64,000 nucleotides of DNA from Paraphysomonas bandaiensis (Eukaryota > Protista > Chrysophyceae), in NCBI GenBank assembly GCA_965644295.1, contig CBFFRP010000431.1, positions 124,001 to 188,000 on the forward strand. The letters are read 5' to 3'. Below the pieces are notes generated by a model, which was not told the origin of the DNA, ran no database searches, and worked only from the letters and a program-made list of their open reading frames with translations. Position 1 is the stretch's first letter. Every line of letters begins with the position of its first letter. A program made the position numbers and the translations under genes. This document shows positions 13,754 to 27,860 of the stretch, one piece after another.

Positions 13754-16700
13754 TCAAGCCCAGCTCGTAGGGCGAGTGCAGTCATGTTTCACATTAGCAT
13801 CCTGGGGGATGCAGTTTTTGCCATTCTGACTATCCGAATTGGCACCATCATCCTGCTCACAATCGGAAAATGCTACGTTTTGTTCGCATTCCAAACTGTC
13901 TGATTCAGGAAAAATAGCATCTATCACTTTCTCAAACTCAGCCGTAGCACAATTATCCCCGCTATCCCACTGACCAGTGGCTTCAAGAACTTGAAAACTA
14001 TCTCTATTGACGACGTCTTGTTTCTCTACATTAGAGGGATGTGTACGCGTTACCTTAATATAACCAAAATCATGGTGGTCGCCGGCGGCAATCTGCCCTA
14101 CTTGCTTGCAGTCATCGCTCCCCCCACTCCACACGCCTGATGACGAATATGAACGTGCTGTCGACTCGGCCTCGATGTTGCCCCACAACTGGTCCAATTG
14201 GTAATCATACCGTTCGGAAGAATCCCAACCATCACTATCAGACGAGTCTAATTGTTCGCTCCCACATATTTGCTGTTCATGCTCACGCATCTCTACTTCA
14301 ATATTGCCCCATATTTTCGCCGCATCATGTACAGCGCTGTCTTCGGATACATCGGAACCGTCGTCCCACTGAGCAGTATTTGCTGTAGAGGGTTGACTAG
14401 GCACACGACTGCTCCTGCAGCTGCTATCGCGACAGTCACTGCTACTAGAGTCATTACCAACCAGATGTCTGAAGAGCGCGCTCGCAATATCGTGATCGTT
14501 GTAGCTTTCGAGTAAAGAATCCATCAAGTCATCATCGGATCCCGAAGGTATTTCAACACCGTTCCTTGCGAGGCTGGCAGACAAAGGCGGTTGAGCACTG
14601 AATATATGTTTAACTGCTTGAAGGCATTTGTCGTTTCCGTTAGTACATTTCATATCACCAGATTCCACCGAATGACACACATCAACTGGATTCTCGAATA
14701 TATCCCCTGGAAATACTTTATCATTGCACTTTTTCGATGAAACTACAGCTTCACTGCAAGACACTGAGCGCTTCCTACCAGACAACGGAAGAACAGCAAC
14801 CGCATTCCTATGCTCATTTCTTTTATTGTGACAGTATTGACCCGCCTTGTACAGTATTATTAGACCGATTGGAATGCACCACAAAGGATTTTCCCACAAC
14901 ATAAGCCAGAGAATAGATAGACCACAAATCGCAAGCGGTTGTAATAGATGTATAGTAACTCGTTGAACAGTGGGTGAACTTGCTCCTAACTGCTGCAAAC
15001 CACTCAAAATTACTGCGGTTAGGATAAATTTCTTTCCGCGATTCGAACCCAAACCGACTCGCCAAAAGTTTGAGTAATACGTTGGCTCAAACTTCCATTT
15101 ATTACCAATTTCACCAGGAAGGTAGCTGTGGTAGGACCGGATAATAACGCTCTCTAACAGATCAGGAAACATCTGTGCTACATTCGTGGAAACAAATAGA
15201 TATCGAGGTGCATCTAAAACGACATTCACTGCACGACTTCCCTCCATGCATACCCTTTGGACAGCCTGATGATGATGTCAGCAAATATATTGAAGAAATG
15301 TTTCGTAGAACAGTGTTGCTGCACTGCTATATATAGAACATGCTAAAAAGCTATCTACGAAAGAAAAACCTGATGGATAGCAAAACTTGCACTTCTGACT
15401 TCATTTCTCGCCAAGTCTGGTATAATAAAATGCACAAACGCACATTCCGTCGTCTCTGCACATGAAATTAGATGCCCACTTTTTTGTAGAAGAGCGATAG
15501 TCATACCATAAAATATAATCTCAATTATAAACTCTGGAAGTCGGACGCGGTATTTTATAAAACAACATTAGTTGTGTTGGGTGGTTATAAAAGATGCACT
15601 TACGAATTATGCACGCCATTAAGTACATTTCTTGCCAAGCCAGACCTCTCTCCAAACCCCGCAACATGGAAAAATATACGAAGAAAAGATTTAAGAGAAC
15701 AACAACGATCCAGGCAAGGGTTTTCACTTCTTTGGTTACGACCATCGAGTGCCGGAAACTGCACAGTTTATCCGAATCAGTCGATTTAGAATAGTAATAA
15801 TAGTATGGATCATGCTAGCGCCTATATATACATGTATGACTCACTCTTCTTCAGCCTTGGATTCAAATATCTTTGCAACTGGCGTATCTCTTCCAAGGAG
15901 GTCTAAGCAGAATAAATGAAGTAGTTCTAACCCAATGTGAACATCCGGTGCAACTTTGAGCTTTTCGTGCTTAGCTTTCGTTTCAGACTGAACCAACTCG
16001 ATTTCTTTGCGAATTAGATCCGCAGCACTTACATGAGAGGAACATAAAATACCACGATGATGACGGTAAAATTCGCCAGTTGGATCAATTCTGTATGCGT
16101 GAATGTGGTTAAAATAAAAATCACACTGCAGCGAAAATATATATATAGATATTTCTTGTGCGCAAACTAGCAATTAAACTATAAAGGCAACTGCACGTCA
16201 CGCAAAAAGACTTACCCCCACACGCTGTCAAATCCTTCCTGTTGCTTGGGTTTCAGAATTCTACGCTGCTCCGAAATATCTACAACAAGCTCGGCGAATA
16301 AATTATCCACACATTCAGTAGCGGCATCCACGTAATTCTCGACCGTAGGATTCGGAGATACTTTCGACATGCGTTGCTTGATCTTGATAACACTTCTCTG
16401 CCTGGAAATATTGCTCTTTCTGCGCTCAATTTGGAGAGTGTCATGATGCTCGTCAGTAGCTTTTATTTTTTTTAACATGTCTAGTGCGGAAGCAGTGGCC
16501 AGAGCTTGCGCTTCTACTGTTGTATCCGGTACGTTTCGAGCAACTTCCACAGTTAGCGTAGGACGTGAGATGGTTCTCGTTCTATGCTTAGCAACCTGCC
16601 GGAGGTTCCCTATTGCATCAATCGAGGCCTGTGACACCCTTCTTCCTACAGTCGATATTCGCTTGCCCACATTCGTCGTAATTGCAGAGGCACGTCTGAC

Positions 16701-19700
16701 TGCACGATTCATTGCCGTTGTGGCCTTCTGCGCCTTCAGAGAGTCCGCAGTGGGAGCAGAGAGGACGTCAATAAAAAGAAAATCCACCAATAGATTCACG
16801 GGCGCTACGAAAATAAATAAGTATTGTACATCATGTGAACAAGAAACCCCACGAAAAATAAAATGCACTCACGATACCAACACTTACCTGTAAACATGGC
16901 AACTACTGTTGATATGATTACCACGGCCTGACACACAATCAATACAATCACAATATCACAAAGAATTGTCAGTTACCTTGACGGTGAGAGCGACACTGTC
17001 CTCGTCGTATACACAGGCATAGCCACCTGTGTTATCTGGATCCTCCACATACGTCCACTCACACATTGGCTTATCGGAGTCAAATGGTGACCTTTGCGAA
17101 AGACACCTCTGCTCAGTGTCGTATCCAGCACATGTACCGTCATCTACTGGATACTGCGATAATTGCAATTATCCAAAGTATAAGTACATCAAAGGTACAC
17201 AGAATGCAATATATGCAAATAATAAAAGAAACATGCATAATAAATGCTATACTCATACAACTCACACCTGAACATCATAACATAAGGCCAGCATGAACAT
17301 CAGCATGCTTTGAATAGTCAGCAAGTGAACACCAGTCAGCATGCGCACGTTGTCAGCATTCGGACCGCTTGCTGTAAACAGTACAATATACCGATGATGC
17401 TTACGAATTTCTCTCCAAAAACGATTCCAAGTCGATTCTGTGTGGTATACAGCCGGAAATATTTCGTTAACATACGTAATCAAATAAGCCTTAATATCCT
17501 CTGGCGATTTGGAACCCTTGGCCATCGTCTTTTTCTTGCTCAACAGGGAGCTCATTTCTACGTTGGTCTGCCCATACCCTCTGATACGCCTCCAGGAACA
17601 GAGAGATATGCCTAGCAAACCACCAGCCCACAAAAACCCATACAGTAGTATAATGATCATGGTATCTTCAATATCTTGCAAAGAGTTTAAACCATCGGCA
17701 GCTTGTATCGTATCGCCGAAATCCTCGACAATAATCGTGGACACTGCTACTACTTCCAATGCGCCAGATTCTTCAATAAAATTGCCGGTAATCTGGCTTA
17801 CACGCTGTCGCGGGACATACGACAGGCGCACGCACTCACACATTGTCGTTCGCTCTGTGTAGGAAATCACAGTGCAATTGAAATCCGACCCACTGAGGAC
17901 TCTGCAGCCTGGGGAGGTCGTCACACTCGGACAACGGGTCTCAATATAGGCCCCGGTGCCGTTGCACTTGTGGGTAATCATGATATCGCCTACCGGCCCA
18001 CCAGGACAAGTGTGCGAATAGATGTTCAGGTCCCCTTCTTCACATGTCGTGTTCACAGATCTATCACTGGGAAGTACAACATAGCTCTGAGGGCCCATGT
18101 TCTGTATTACTAATGAAATCACCGGAATGTCTTCATGTACCGTTTGGTCTACAAATTTCACACGTATTGCATTGGAAGTGAATTCACTGGGGTCGTCGTA
18201 CAGTTTCGATTTTATGGACATAGCCACAAACTCCTGCTTTGACTTTGTGGAGTTATGCAAGGTAACAGTTGTTGGATATGCATTAGATGCTTGTTCCAAC
18301 GGTGTTTGCGGTAGTGTGAGTTCATTGCTCGTACTAATAAACGGGGAAAACACCTGGGCTTTCAAGCGAAACATACTATTAATACTGTCTATTGGGTCTT
18401 GTCCGTCAACCATTTCCGACGCAACAAGAGTCCCAAACGCATCCAACACACTGATTGATTCTAATAACTCTGACAACTGACGACGCGTTGAATTTGACAC
18501 AGTGGACACGGACGAAGCCAAAGCAGCCGCATCCACAGCATTCAACACATGCAAAAGACTATCATACGACATTTCGTACGTACCAGCATTGCGCACAATT
18601 AATGACGATACTTCCAGAGCGATCTCAGATGCATCGGGTGATAATTCATCAGGAGATTGTGTCAATGACGTTAAACTGGACTGCCATGCAACTATACTGT
18701 CTTCACTTGGTTCGTCTGAATGTGCCACAGACTGTAGTCCCTGCAGCAGCTGAAGTCGTAGTGCTCGTTTTTCAGCCATTAGTTCGGAGCTAACAGAACA
18801 TACGCTACCACTGAACCCCTCATTGCACTCACACACGGCTTCGCATGAGGAGTCAGAAAGTGCACAAAACTTCACAGCTTTCCCTGAATTAGATTGACGA
18901 ATAGTGCAGACACCATTACCCGAACAGTTCTGACTGCATTCTTTAGACATCGGTATGCACATACTACTCGTGGTATTACACCGAGTCCATCCAGTACAGT
19001 CGGAGTCGACAGTGCACATTGCCGTCGCGGAGTCCCCAGTCGAATCCAAAGAAAGGACATCACCATACAGACAAGGTGTGTTGTCGTCTCCTTCTGCTCC
19101 AACATAGCCGGCTAGACAGTGACCACAAGTATGATCCCTATCGGAGCATTCTGCACGGAATAACAATGAACAATTCGGTGCATTTGAACAGTCCCGGACA
19201 TTCATCATAGAGCTTACTACAGCGAGTACCTCCTTTACGCCATCAATATTTCCATGTGTAATATCTAGTTCAGAGGACAGTTTCGACTGCAATGCAGACG
19301 GCGATATATCCAGTTCATCAACAACGACTGTTGTTTCCACGGTGGAAACTGCACTTAGCGCATCATACACTTGCACAACGCACACAACTTCATATCCTTT
19401 GCTGACATGTCCAACAGGCAATGATGATGTACTATACGCTGCTTCCGACCGTCCTCGCACGATTCCTAAACCCGTGCTCTGTACATATCCGAATTGGTAC
19501 GACATTGGTACATCATCATCGCTCCAGCGGGATGCAGAGAAAATGAATTTTGTTTTTAGTGCTGTGCCGTTCCTCGGTGTGACCACAAACTGGCCAAGTA
19601 AAGGGGCACTATTGACAACAATTTGTACAGAAGCTTTACTATCCCATGCTTTCAATGTGAAAGTGTATGGTAGTGTTCGACCTAATAAACTTGACCCCCT

Positions 19701-22700
19701 GATCACGAGATTGACTGGATGGTCGCCCGGAGGAAGCGTTTTGAAAATATCAATACGACTGATGGCTGCCAGGTCAATTGAATCATCGTCCACCGTCCAC
19801 GAAACATTGGCACTGCTGAATAGTTGAACCGATCCTTTCACAATGATGTCACGAACTGGGTTGACCTTTTCGGATAATTTTCCGTATGATATTGATGTTA
19901 TTGGAGAGGACGGTTTCGTCACAGTTACTTGTACGGCACTCTTTGATTCTCGAAATGCGTCAGAAACAGTTAGCGTGAATACTTGGACAGAATTAACACT
20001 CGAGGCAGCTGCTGGTACAACTACAGCATACGATCCATTAAATTCCGCATTAACTCCACATAAAGAAGACAACTGAGGTTTTATTTGATAGCACGTCCAC
20101 GAGAAGTTTAATTTAGCTGAATCCTGCGTTTGTACATCGGAATCGTAGCTATCTGTCCCGTCTAGAAGTAGAGATTCCCCGAGACGCACAGACTGTTCTG
20201 AGCCCCCGTGCACAATGGCAACCAGATCGTTGCGAAGAACTGCGACTTGTACACTCGCTGTGGCATACAGTCCCGACACCGTACTAGTAGCTGTAACTGA
20301 AAACTCATATACAGAATTCGGTACTAAGGAATACGGCGGCAGCTTGAATTTCGACTTCGCAATCGCAATGGACCACACCGAGCTGTCCACTACATCATCT
20401 CTGTATACCTTCCATGAATAAGATATATCTGAGTATGAAATCGTACCATCGCACTTCGGCGTGTATGCTTGAGTATCCAGAAGGAACATTTTGTCAGCTG
20501 TCATAGACCGCAACTGTGGCCCCAATATCGATACAACAGGTACTACATTGTTGCTTACTTGCAACTGATGTGTAGCCAATGAACACGACCCCATGAAGTT
20601 ACATAGTGTCACATAGAAATCATAATAGTATCCTGCTATCAAGTAATCATGAGGAATTGGGGTTGGAGGACTTAGCACATAGGTCGACGCGAAAAATGAC
20701 GTTATATCAGCAGCGCTCTCGGTATGTGTACTCTCGACAACAACAGAAAACGACGCCCAGTTCCGACCACCATTTCCGGTAGAGGATGACAAGTCCAGGA
20801 CAGGATTGTCACAAGGCCCAGTAACTGAAGGACCTGATATAGCTACCATAGGGGCCTGTGGTGTGAGTGGCGGAAGGACTTTCACTGGTTCATTAGAAAC
20901 AGAATTCCATGTCAAACATTGTTCGCGAGACAGCTTGCAAAACGCTCGCAAAGAGTCCTGAACAACCGAGATATTACTTCCCACTTCTATACCACTGGCT
21001 CCCCCTAATACCATTCTCACTTTCACCGAGCTAACCCATTCGCAACTTGCAGCGTCGCTGCCATCAAACTCAAACAGCTTTGAGCAAGTATACACATTAG
21101 AAATATATCCTCTGTCCGTAGGGGAGTCGAATGTTGCAGTGATAGATACACCATCCGATGAAAAACGCGCACTCCTGAGTATTGGTGTAGCACTTTCAAC
21201 ATTTGAGTGTTGTACGGTGAATGTATCGCCATCAGGGTATCGTACTTCGTAATTGGACGCATCTGGGCCACTTAAAGTGTGTAACAATTTATATTCACCC
21301 GGCTCGCTTCCAGACAATGCAACTACCTGACTCCTTGACCACGTTTTCGAGTTTAGAACTATATTTGATGGAAAAAATGGTTCAACGCTAACAACAGTCC
21401 CTGTATCAGTTGTATGTTGCGCAAACAACTGGACAGTGACTTCATATAACGGTGCAGCATTAGTTGTCACAGTCATGATATCTATGACATCAGTGCCTTC
21501 CTGAAACGATATCCCGACAAGATTAACTGATATCTCCTTACAGCAACCAGTCAATATGGTGTGCCTTGAGTGAAAAATACTAGCATCACTACTTGTTACA
21601 CCATATACACTACTAGCCGCGCAGTACAGGTCATATGGAGTCGCTGGTTGCAAGTCATGTATAGTAAGTGTCACTGGTGACAAGTCCGCTGATACCACAG
21701 CAAAAACGTTTTGAACAAAAATAGCTTTCGTCGATGATGGCATTGAGGACATCGGGTATGCTGCGCAGTATAATTTCCCGGCCTTCGACAAAATCCCAGT
21801 TACTGACACAGCAGAAGATGTGGACGTGTAAGAAAGAGATAAAATTTCTGGTGCAGGGGAGTGAGATGGAGCAAAAGTGGGAGTCGAACTAGGGTGACAA
21901 GTACTCGGCGCTGAGGAAGGAGAAGCTGACGGAAGCGTACTTGGCAAAGGAGTCGGATTACTAGAAGGCCTTGTTGTTTCACCATTCTGAGTAGGGTTGA
22001 AACTAGGCTCACCGGTTGGTCGTCTAGTAGGCCCTTCAGTGGGAATTGTAGTCGGTTGCCCAGTCGGAATACACGAAGGCTCTCCAGTAGGTTGGCTAGT
22101 AGGAATATCTGTTGGCTGACCAGAAGGCATGCCACTAGGAAGGGCTGTTGGTATACCTGTAGGCCCAACCGTGGGATGCCCTGTTGGTTGCCGGGTCGGG
22201 TATGAGGAAGGCAGCGCACTCGGCACACATGTTGGAACAGCTGTTGGTTGTCCAGTAGGGCGACAGCTTGGCAAACTCGACGGTTGTCTGCTAGGTAGTC
22301 CAGAAGGCAGACTTGTTGGTAAAGCTGTTGGTTGGTCACTTGGTTGATTGGTAGGTTGGCTTGTAGGTAGACCTCTTGGTTGATTAGAGGGCCCACCAGT
22401 TGGAAAAGCAGTTGGTTGACCAGATGGTCGACAAGAGGGTTGACCACTTGGCACAGCAGACGGTTGACCGCTTGGCTGACTTGTCGGTTGACTAGAGGGT
22501 ATACTTGAGGGATGACTTGTGGGAACAACAGTAGGTTGATCGCTGGGTTGACTAGTTGGCTGGCTGGAGGGAACACTAGAGGGTTGACCACTTGGCACTG
22601 CAGACGGTTGACCGCTTGGTTGACTTGTCGGTTGGCTTGTGGGTTGAATGGAAGGTTGTCCTGTTGGTTGACTGGAGGGTATACTTGAGGGCTGACTTGT

Positions 22701-24497
22701 GGGTACAATAGTCGGTTGACCGCTGGGTTGACTAGTCGGTTGACCGGAAGGTAACCCAGATGGCTGACTAGTTGGCTGGCTGGAGGGAACACTAGAAGGT
22801 TGACCACTTGGCACTGCAGACGGTTGACCGCTTGGTTGACTTGTCGGTTGGCTTGTGGGTTGAATGGAAGGATGTCCTGTTGGTTGACTGGAGGGTATAC
22901 TGGAGGGTTGACTAGTCGGTTGACCGGAAGGTAGTCCAGATGGCTGACTAGTTGGCTGGCTGGAGGGAACACTAGAAGGTTGACCACTTGGCACTGCAGA
23001 CGGTTGACCGCTTGGTTGACTTGTCGGTTGGCTTGTGGGTTGTATGGAAGGTTGTCCTGTTGGTTGACTGGATGGCACAATAGAGGGCTTACCAGAAGGT
23101 TGCCCAGAGGGTAGGCTAGTAGGTTGTGTAGGTTGCCCTGATGGCTGTCCAGAGGGCTGTCCAGAGGGTAGTCCAGTTGGCACCGTCGTAGGGTATGAAG
23201 TGGGCTCACTAGACGGTTGGCCGCTTGGTCGAGTTGTGGGGTTAGCGGAGGGTTGTCCAGAGGGCAGTCCAGTTGGCACCGTCGTAGGGTATGAAGTAGG
23301 CTCGCTTGACGGTTGGCCACTTGGTCGAGTTGTGGGATCAGCAGTGGGTTGTCCAGTGGGTTCGCTTGACGGTTGCCCACTTGGTCGAGTTGTGGGATCA
23401 GCAGTGGGCTGTCCAGTGGGTTGACCACTTGGACTACTAGTTGGCTGTCCGGAAGGCTGCCCGGTAGGCTGTGTTGGAATGCTTGTTGGAATTTGTGACG
23501 GCTGTGTGGACGGCTTGCTGCTAGGCTGAGCAGTGGGCTGCCCCGTTGGCTGAACTGATGGTCGGCTGGAGGTAGGTACAGCAGTTGGTGACACCGACAA
23601 TGGCGTAGCTTCACAGGCATAAATTTTACTGTCAGTACAGTCCATTTTATCCCATGTATTATCTTTTTTTAATTTAATACAGTCTTTGCCACTGTCATCA
23701 GAGAACCCGCTTTTAAAATTACTGTAACCTGAAATATCTGTTCCATCATCCCAAATGTAGGTTCCTTCGTTGTCAATATCAGTGAGGCCAATGTACATGT
23801 CTTCACGTGCAGCACTACCACAGGTGCCTTCTTCACCAGTCAGTGCAGTCAAAAAAGCATTCATTTCATCTGCTGAATTTATTGACACCATATACCCCCC
23901 TAGGTTAGAACACGTTGAATGTATTGCGGCATACGTATCAGCTGAAGTGCTGATATAGTAGCAGTAGATATCATATGCATTAAACGACGCCGGGCAAACA
24001 ACTGAGGCTGGCGCAGGAGTAGGTGAAAACACACAACCTGCCACTACTTCTGCCTCACACACATATCCTTTGGTTTTTGTGCAAGTCTCATCGTCCCACT
24101 GGTTATCGCTTTTAAATTTCGCGCAATTTTTCGAGTCGTCATTTCCCGGACTCCCGCCTTTCCAGTTAGTGTAGCTACCAGTGCCCGATCCATCGTCCCA
24201 TATCCAGGTACCTTCAGTCGCGCTGTCTGTATAACCAATAAACATATCACCCCTGTTGCCTACACAATTCAGAGCAGAAACCATGGCAGTTTGTTCAGTG
24301 GAAGTGCCAATGGAAGCCATATAGCCTCCCCGGCTAATACACTCATTTCGTGCATCAGCATATGATAATTCGTTAATACTAATGTAGTAACAATAATTAG
24401 TGGTGTATGTATAAAACCCTGAAGGGCAACAAATAGATTGAATCTCCGGCACAATGACAAACAATACACATAATACAACTATAAAATTATTTCTCAT
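13754..24497 (-). CDS. Giant polycystin-1-like surface protein: signal peptide, 2 C-type lectin domains, Pro/Ser/Thr (PT) repeat stalk, PKD/REJ module, EGF-like Cys-rich region, GPS-like motif, multiple TM segments, acidic C-tail; multi-exon
   Basis: First exon of 2411 codons. Two CTLDs (C..GG.MASI, FIG.TD..EGTW.W.DG, WDD..C). REJ hallmarks (LVAIVHGG..SV....LLLDGTDSYDSD, VNSAP..G.F.VTP..GTAL.T.F..A..WSDDD.P.SYQF). EGF CSGNGVC. GPS-like C..NCTVISYTERTTMCEC. Downstream TM-encoding exons 13754-17170 on the same strand with splice sites. Confidence 0.82.
21860..23590 (-). repeat. Coding tandem repeat: PxxQ (PSGQ/PTSQ/PSSQ) tetrapeptide array with higher-order DNA duplications of about 60-240 bp
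   Basis: Block IQPTSQPTSQPSGQPSAVPSGQPSSVPSSQPTSQPS recurs three times (about 22550-23050) almost identically at DNA level. ADPTTRPSGQPSSEPT occurs twice. Confidence 0.95.
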
Positions 24498-25249
24498 TAT
24501 TCATATATTAATGTATTAATAAGATGATAATAAGATCTATAATCATATGTACGACATATTCATGTAATTATATATATAAGAGTGTTAATAGGATGATTCT
24601 TCTTGTATGTGTATCTTCTCTATAGAAATTCATACATACAGACAGTTCAAAGCTGACATATCCTCATAACTACGACGTATGTGTGCTGTTGACGTCGTCA
24701 TATGTTGGAACCCCTCTCCCTACCACAACGTGCTGATGATCAAATTATCGTAGACACGACATACGACGTAGTCGGATGTAGGAATTCGAATTCCTAATGA
24801 TATCTAGATATCCGGCAATGTGGTAGATAGAATACGTTGTATATAGAATATACGTATGGTATACTGTACCTCTCACCACCTTTAAGCGCGACCACAGCCT
24901 TATTGGGACAAACACCCTGGTTGGTACAAGTTGTTATGTTCTGAGAAAATTTGCGGAACCAGAGGCAGTTATGATGTTTTTGGCGACTAATTATCATACG
25001 GGTTGGTATATACAGCAGTTTATACCGATATCAGTTCAGTCTCGTCAACACTATAAAACACAAGGACTCAATCATAGTACCATAACATTATTATAACAAG
25101 AGTATTGATACGAAATTATTATTCTTTACATCATTAAAACGTGACTCATTTATATCGTTGTGAAACTAAGACAAGGACGTATTGCATTTCCTCATAAAGT
25201 GTTTCCAGTCAATCCTTTATATTGACTATATACATTTCATAATATAATT

Positions 25250-27231
25250 ATGATCATTCCAAAGGCCTTTAATCCGAGAAGGCGATCTATTGTACCAGAG
25301 GGACTTGGACCCCGTGAAGCTGGATCGAAGGTTCTTCCGTTTGATAGCATTCGAAGTCATTTCAAAGGCGGGATACTAACACTAACTATAGTCCAAGGCG
25401 AAAAGTTATATGGATCCGGTAAAGTGTTTGGGAAGGGTAAATATTCAGCTTGTGCAGTGGTGAAATGTGGTGATGTCGAGCTAGGACGATCCAACATTGA
25501 GCGGGGCATGCTAAGTTTTGCTAATCGTAAGTGGAGTTGGTTGGGGTTTGAGTCCAGTTTTAAGCCGATGATGGTGTCTCCTTCTTTTACTCCTGTCATT
25601 AAAGTTGTAATATATGACTGTGATAGAGATGAAGAATCACTTCCATTAGGTGAAGTTCAAATCGGTCTTCAACATATCAAGACGAATGAGGAGTATATAT
25701 GTGAGCTGCCAATCGAAAGGATTAATAATTTTGGGGTTCCTGCAGCTCAAGGTATTCTTAAAGCACGTGTACGTTTTGCTCCATTTGATTCGAAACCACT
25801 AAAAGAAAATAGTCAGATAGCTATTGATTCAATTGTTTCTAAGAATATATCTTTTGGTGTTGGATGGGATACGGATGTACCTAACTCCAGTTATGCTTTT
25901 GGGGCATCTTTAGTAATCTTCGACTCCAGCGGAGCCTATATAGAAGATATTGACAGTGAACGCAAGCAGAGCGACAAAGGAATTCCTGTCGAGTTCAAGC
26001 GAGTAAGTCGCGACGATGGATTTTTGTCTGACAAGGAAGAGATATGCTTCGATGTTAGCAATTCTGTTGCCCAAAATATTACTGCCTATTTTTTGGTTCT
26101 TACTGCAACTGATGTAGCCTACACTCTTCAGCAAATTAAGAACGTGTACTGTCGTGTTTTTGATTACACGACAAAGGTAGAGTGTTGTCGATATGAGGTT
26201 GAGTTCATGGAACCAGCCACATCGTGTGTGCTAGCAAGAATACATTGGGACACAACAACTAAGGTATGACACTACGATATTTGTTTTTTATTAATAAGTA
26301 TTTCTGATATCCGTTATCACAGAAGTGGTGCGTGTCTGCTTACCGCGCACTAAGCTATGGGGCTCGTTCTGTTGGTTTTCTTATTCCTAACATGAAAGAC
26401 ATGCTGTCAGATATTATCCCGGGATGTCGAGGCTCTCCTACTGATCGCCTAATCTCTCTTTCCAGAGGGGACTCAGTTGCGTTGCGTGATATGTATGAAT
26501 CTTTTACTGGCGAGGTGACGTATGCAGTTAACTGGTATTCCGATGAAGGTAGAGGGGTTGATTTAGATACGGGATGTATATTGGTGTCCGCTGAAGGAGA
26601 TATTTTAGATTGTGTGAGTTTCGAGAAGCTGAAATCAGATTGTGGCAACGTCATTCATTCTGGCGATTCTAAACAAGAAGGAACAGAAGAGATTCAATTG
26701 TTTCTTGAGAAACTTGGCTCTGGAGTTTGCTACTTGGCATTTTATGTCATATGTTACGAGGAAAAGCCACTGTCAAGTGTAGAAAAATGTGTGGTGGAGT
26801 TGAGGGACTCAGCAACTGACCGCGTGTTAATATATGACAAACGTGGAACCCGTTCCTGTGGAAAGTCTGCATGCTTAATGAGTGTTATATTTCGGTATAA
26901 TTCCCAGTGGTATTACTTGAATTCTTCAAATGAGGCTACGGGACGTACTGTACAAGATAATACCACACATTTGAAGCAGTATATAGCAACTGCCAAATTG
27001 CTGGAGGCGCAAGCTGCCACGAGTTCTAGTGTGGCTCTTAATTCGTCAACATCAACTGCTTCTGCGGAAATCGAGAGCGAGAGTTGCAATGAATGTAATG
27101 TAACCTCCAGCAGTGTATGTAAGGTTATAGTTGAAAGTGTTGTGGGCGGCAATGAACAGAATTTAGACTTAACTGATGACGAGATTGAAGCCCCTGAAGA
27201 GTACGAAATTCGAACCGCTGAAGCTTTGTAG
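25250..27231 (+). CDS. C2 domain + two TerD-family domains, 2 exons
   Basis: C2: GILTLTIVQGEKL..IKVVIYDCD..PLGEVQIGL. TerD1: ISFGVGWD..ASLVIFD..DKEEI. TerD2: VNW..VDLDTGCILV...DCVSFEKLKS..GNVIHSGD..GTEEIQLFLEKL. Intron 26264-26322 in frame. Confidence 0.75.
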
Positions 27232-27532
27232 TGCAGGGAGAGTAATTGTAGTATAAAGTATTTACCATAAAAATGATTTTATTAACATATAGTTTACATG
27301 TTTACATCGTATTTTAGTATTTTATTTATGTAGTAGTTAACATTCGTATATTAACGTAAATAGATTTGAACAGTCTAAAACCTACAATAATAATATGAGT
27401 TACATTCGCTAGATTTATATGGCTTTTCTCTGTCGCCGCTTAATCTTCAACGTGCTCCTAAACAGTAAACAGCCATAACTACTAAAATATTGCCAATCGT
27501 AAGTGTAGTAGCTGCAGTTTTAAGACTGATAG

Positions 27533-27860
27533 GTAGTGAATGCCTTATTATTAGTAACAGTCGTTTAAAAGTCAGTACTTCACTCTGATATTCTACTATT
27601 TAACGCTACGGAAGCTGTTTTGTGCATCGCCGCAGGCACCAATGTGCAAACACTTCCGCACTATCACTCAAAGCGAACGCCGAGAGCAAGCAGAATGTTG
27701 ATATACCTGACATCTCATCTGCTGACTTCAAGATTCTTGAGTTTTTAAGGTGAACAGCCCGGATGCCCTTCAGGTGGGCCCATTCCCCAATACCTGTCTA
27801 TTCATCAAGGTCCAAAGACGTCTACACAAGTGACACTTATTAGTGTCCTTTGTACCACAC
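27533..27860. repeat. Interspersed repeat family, copy 3 (longest)
   Basis: Covers both the copy 1 segment and the copy 2 segment, in the same orientation. Confidence 0.85.

Noticed and set aside
21800-23620. 606-aa overlapping ORF in a second minus-strand frame
   Set aside because: By-product of the stop-poor PxxQ codon repeat within the giant gene.
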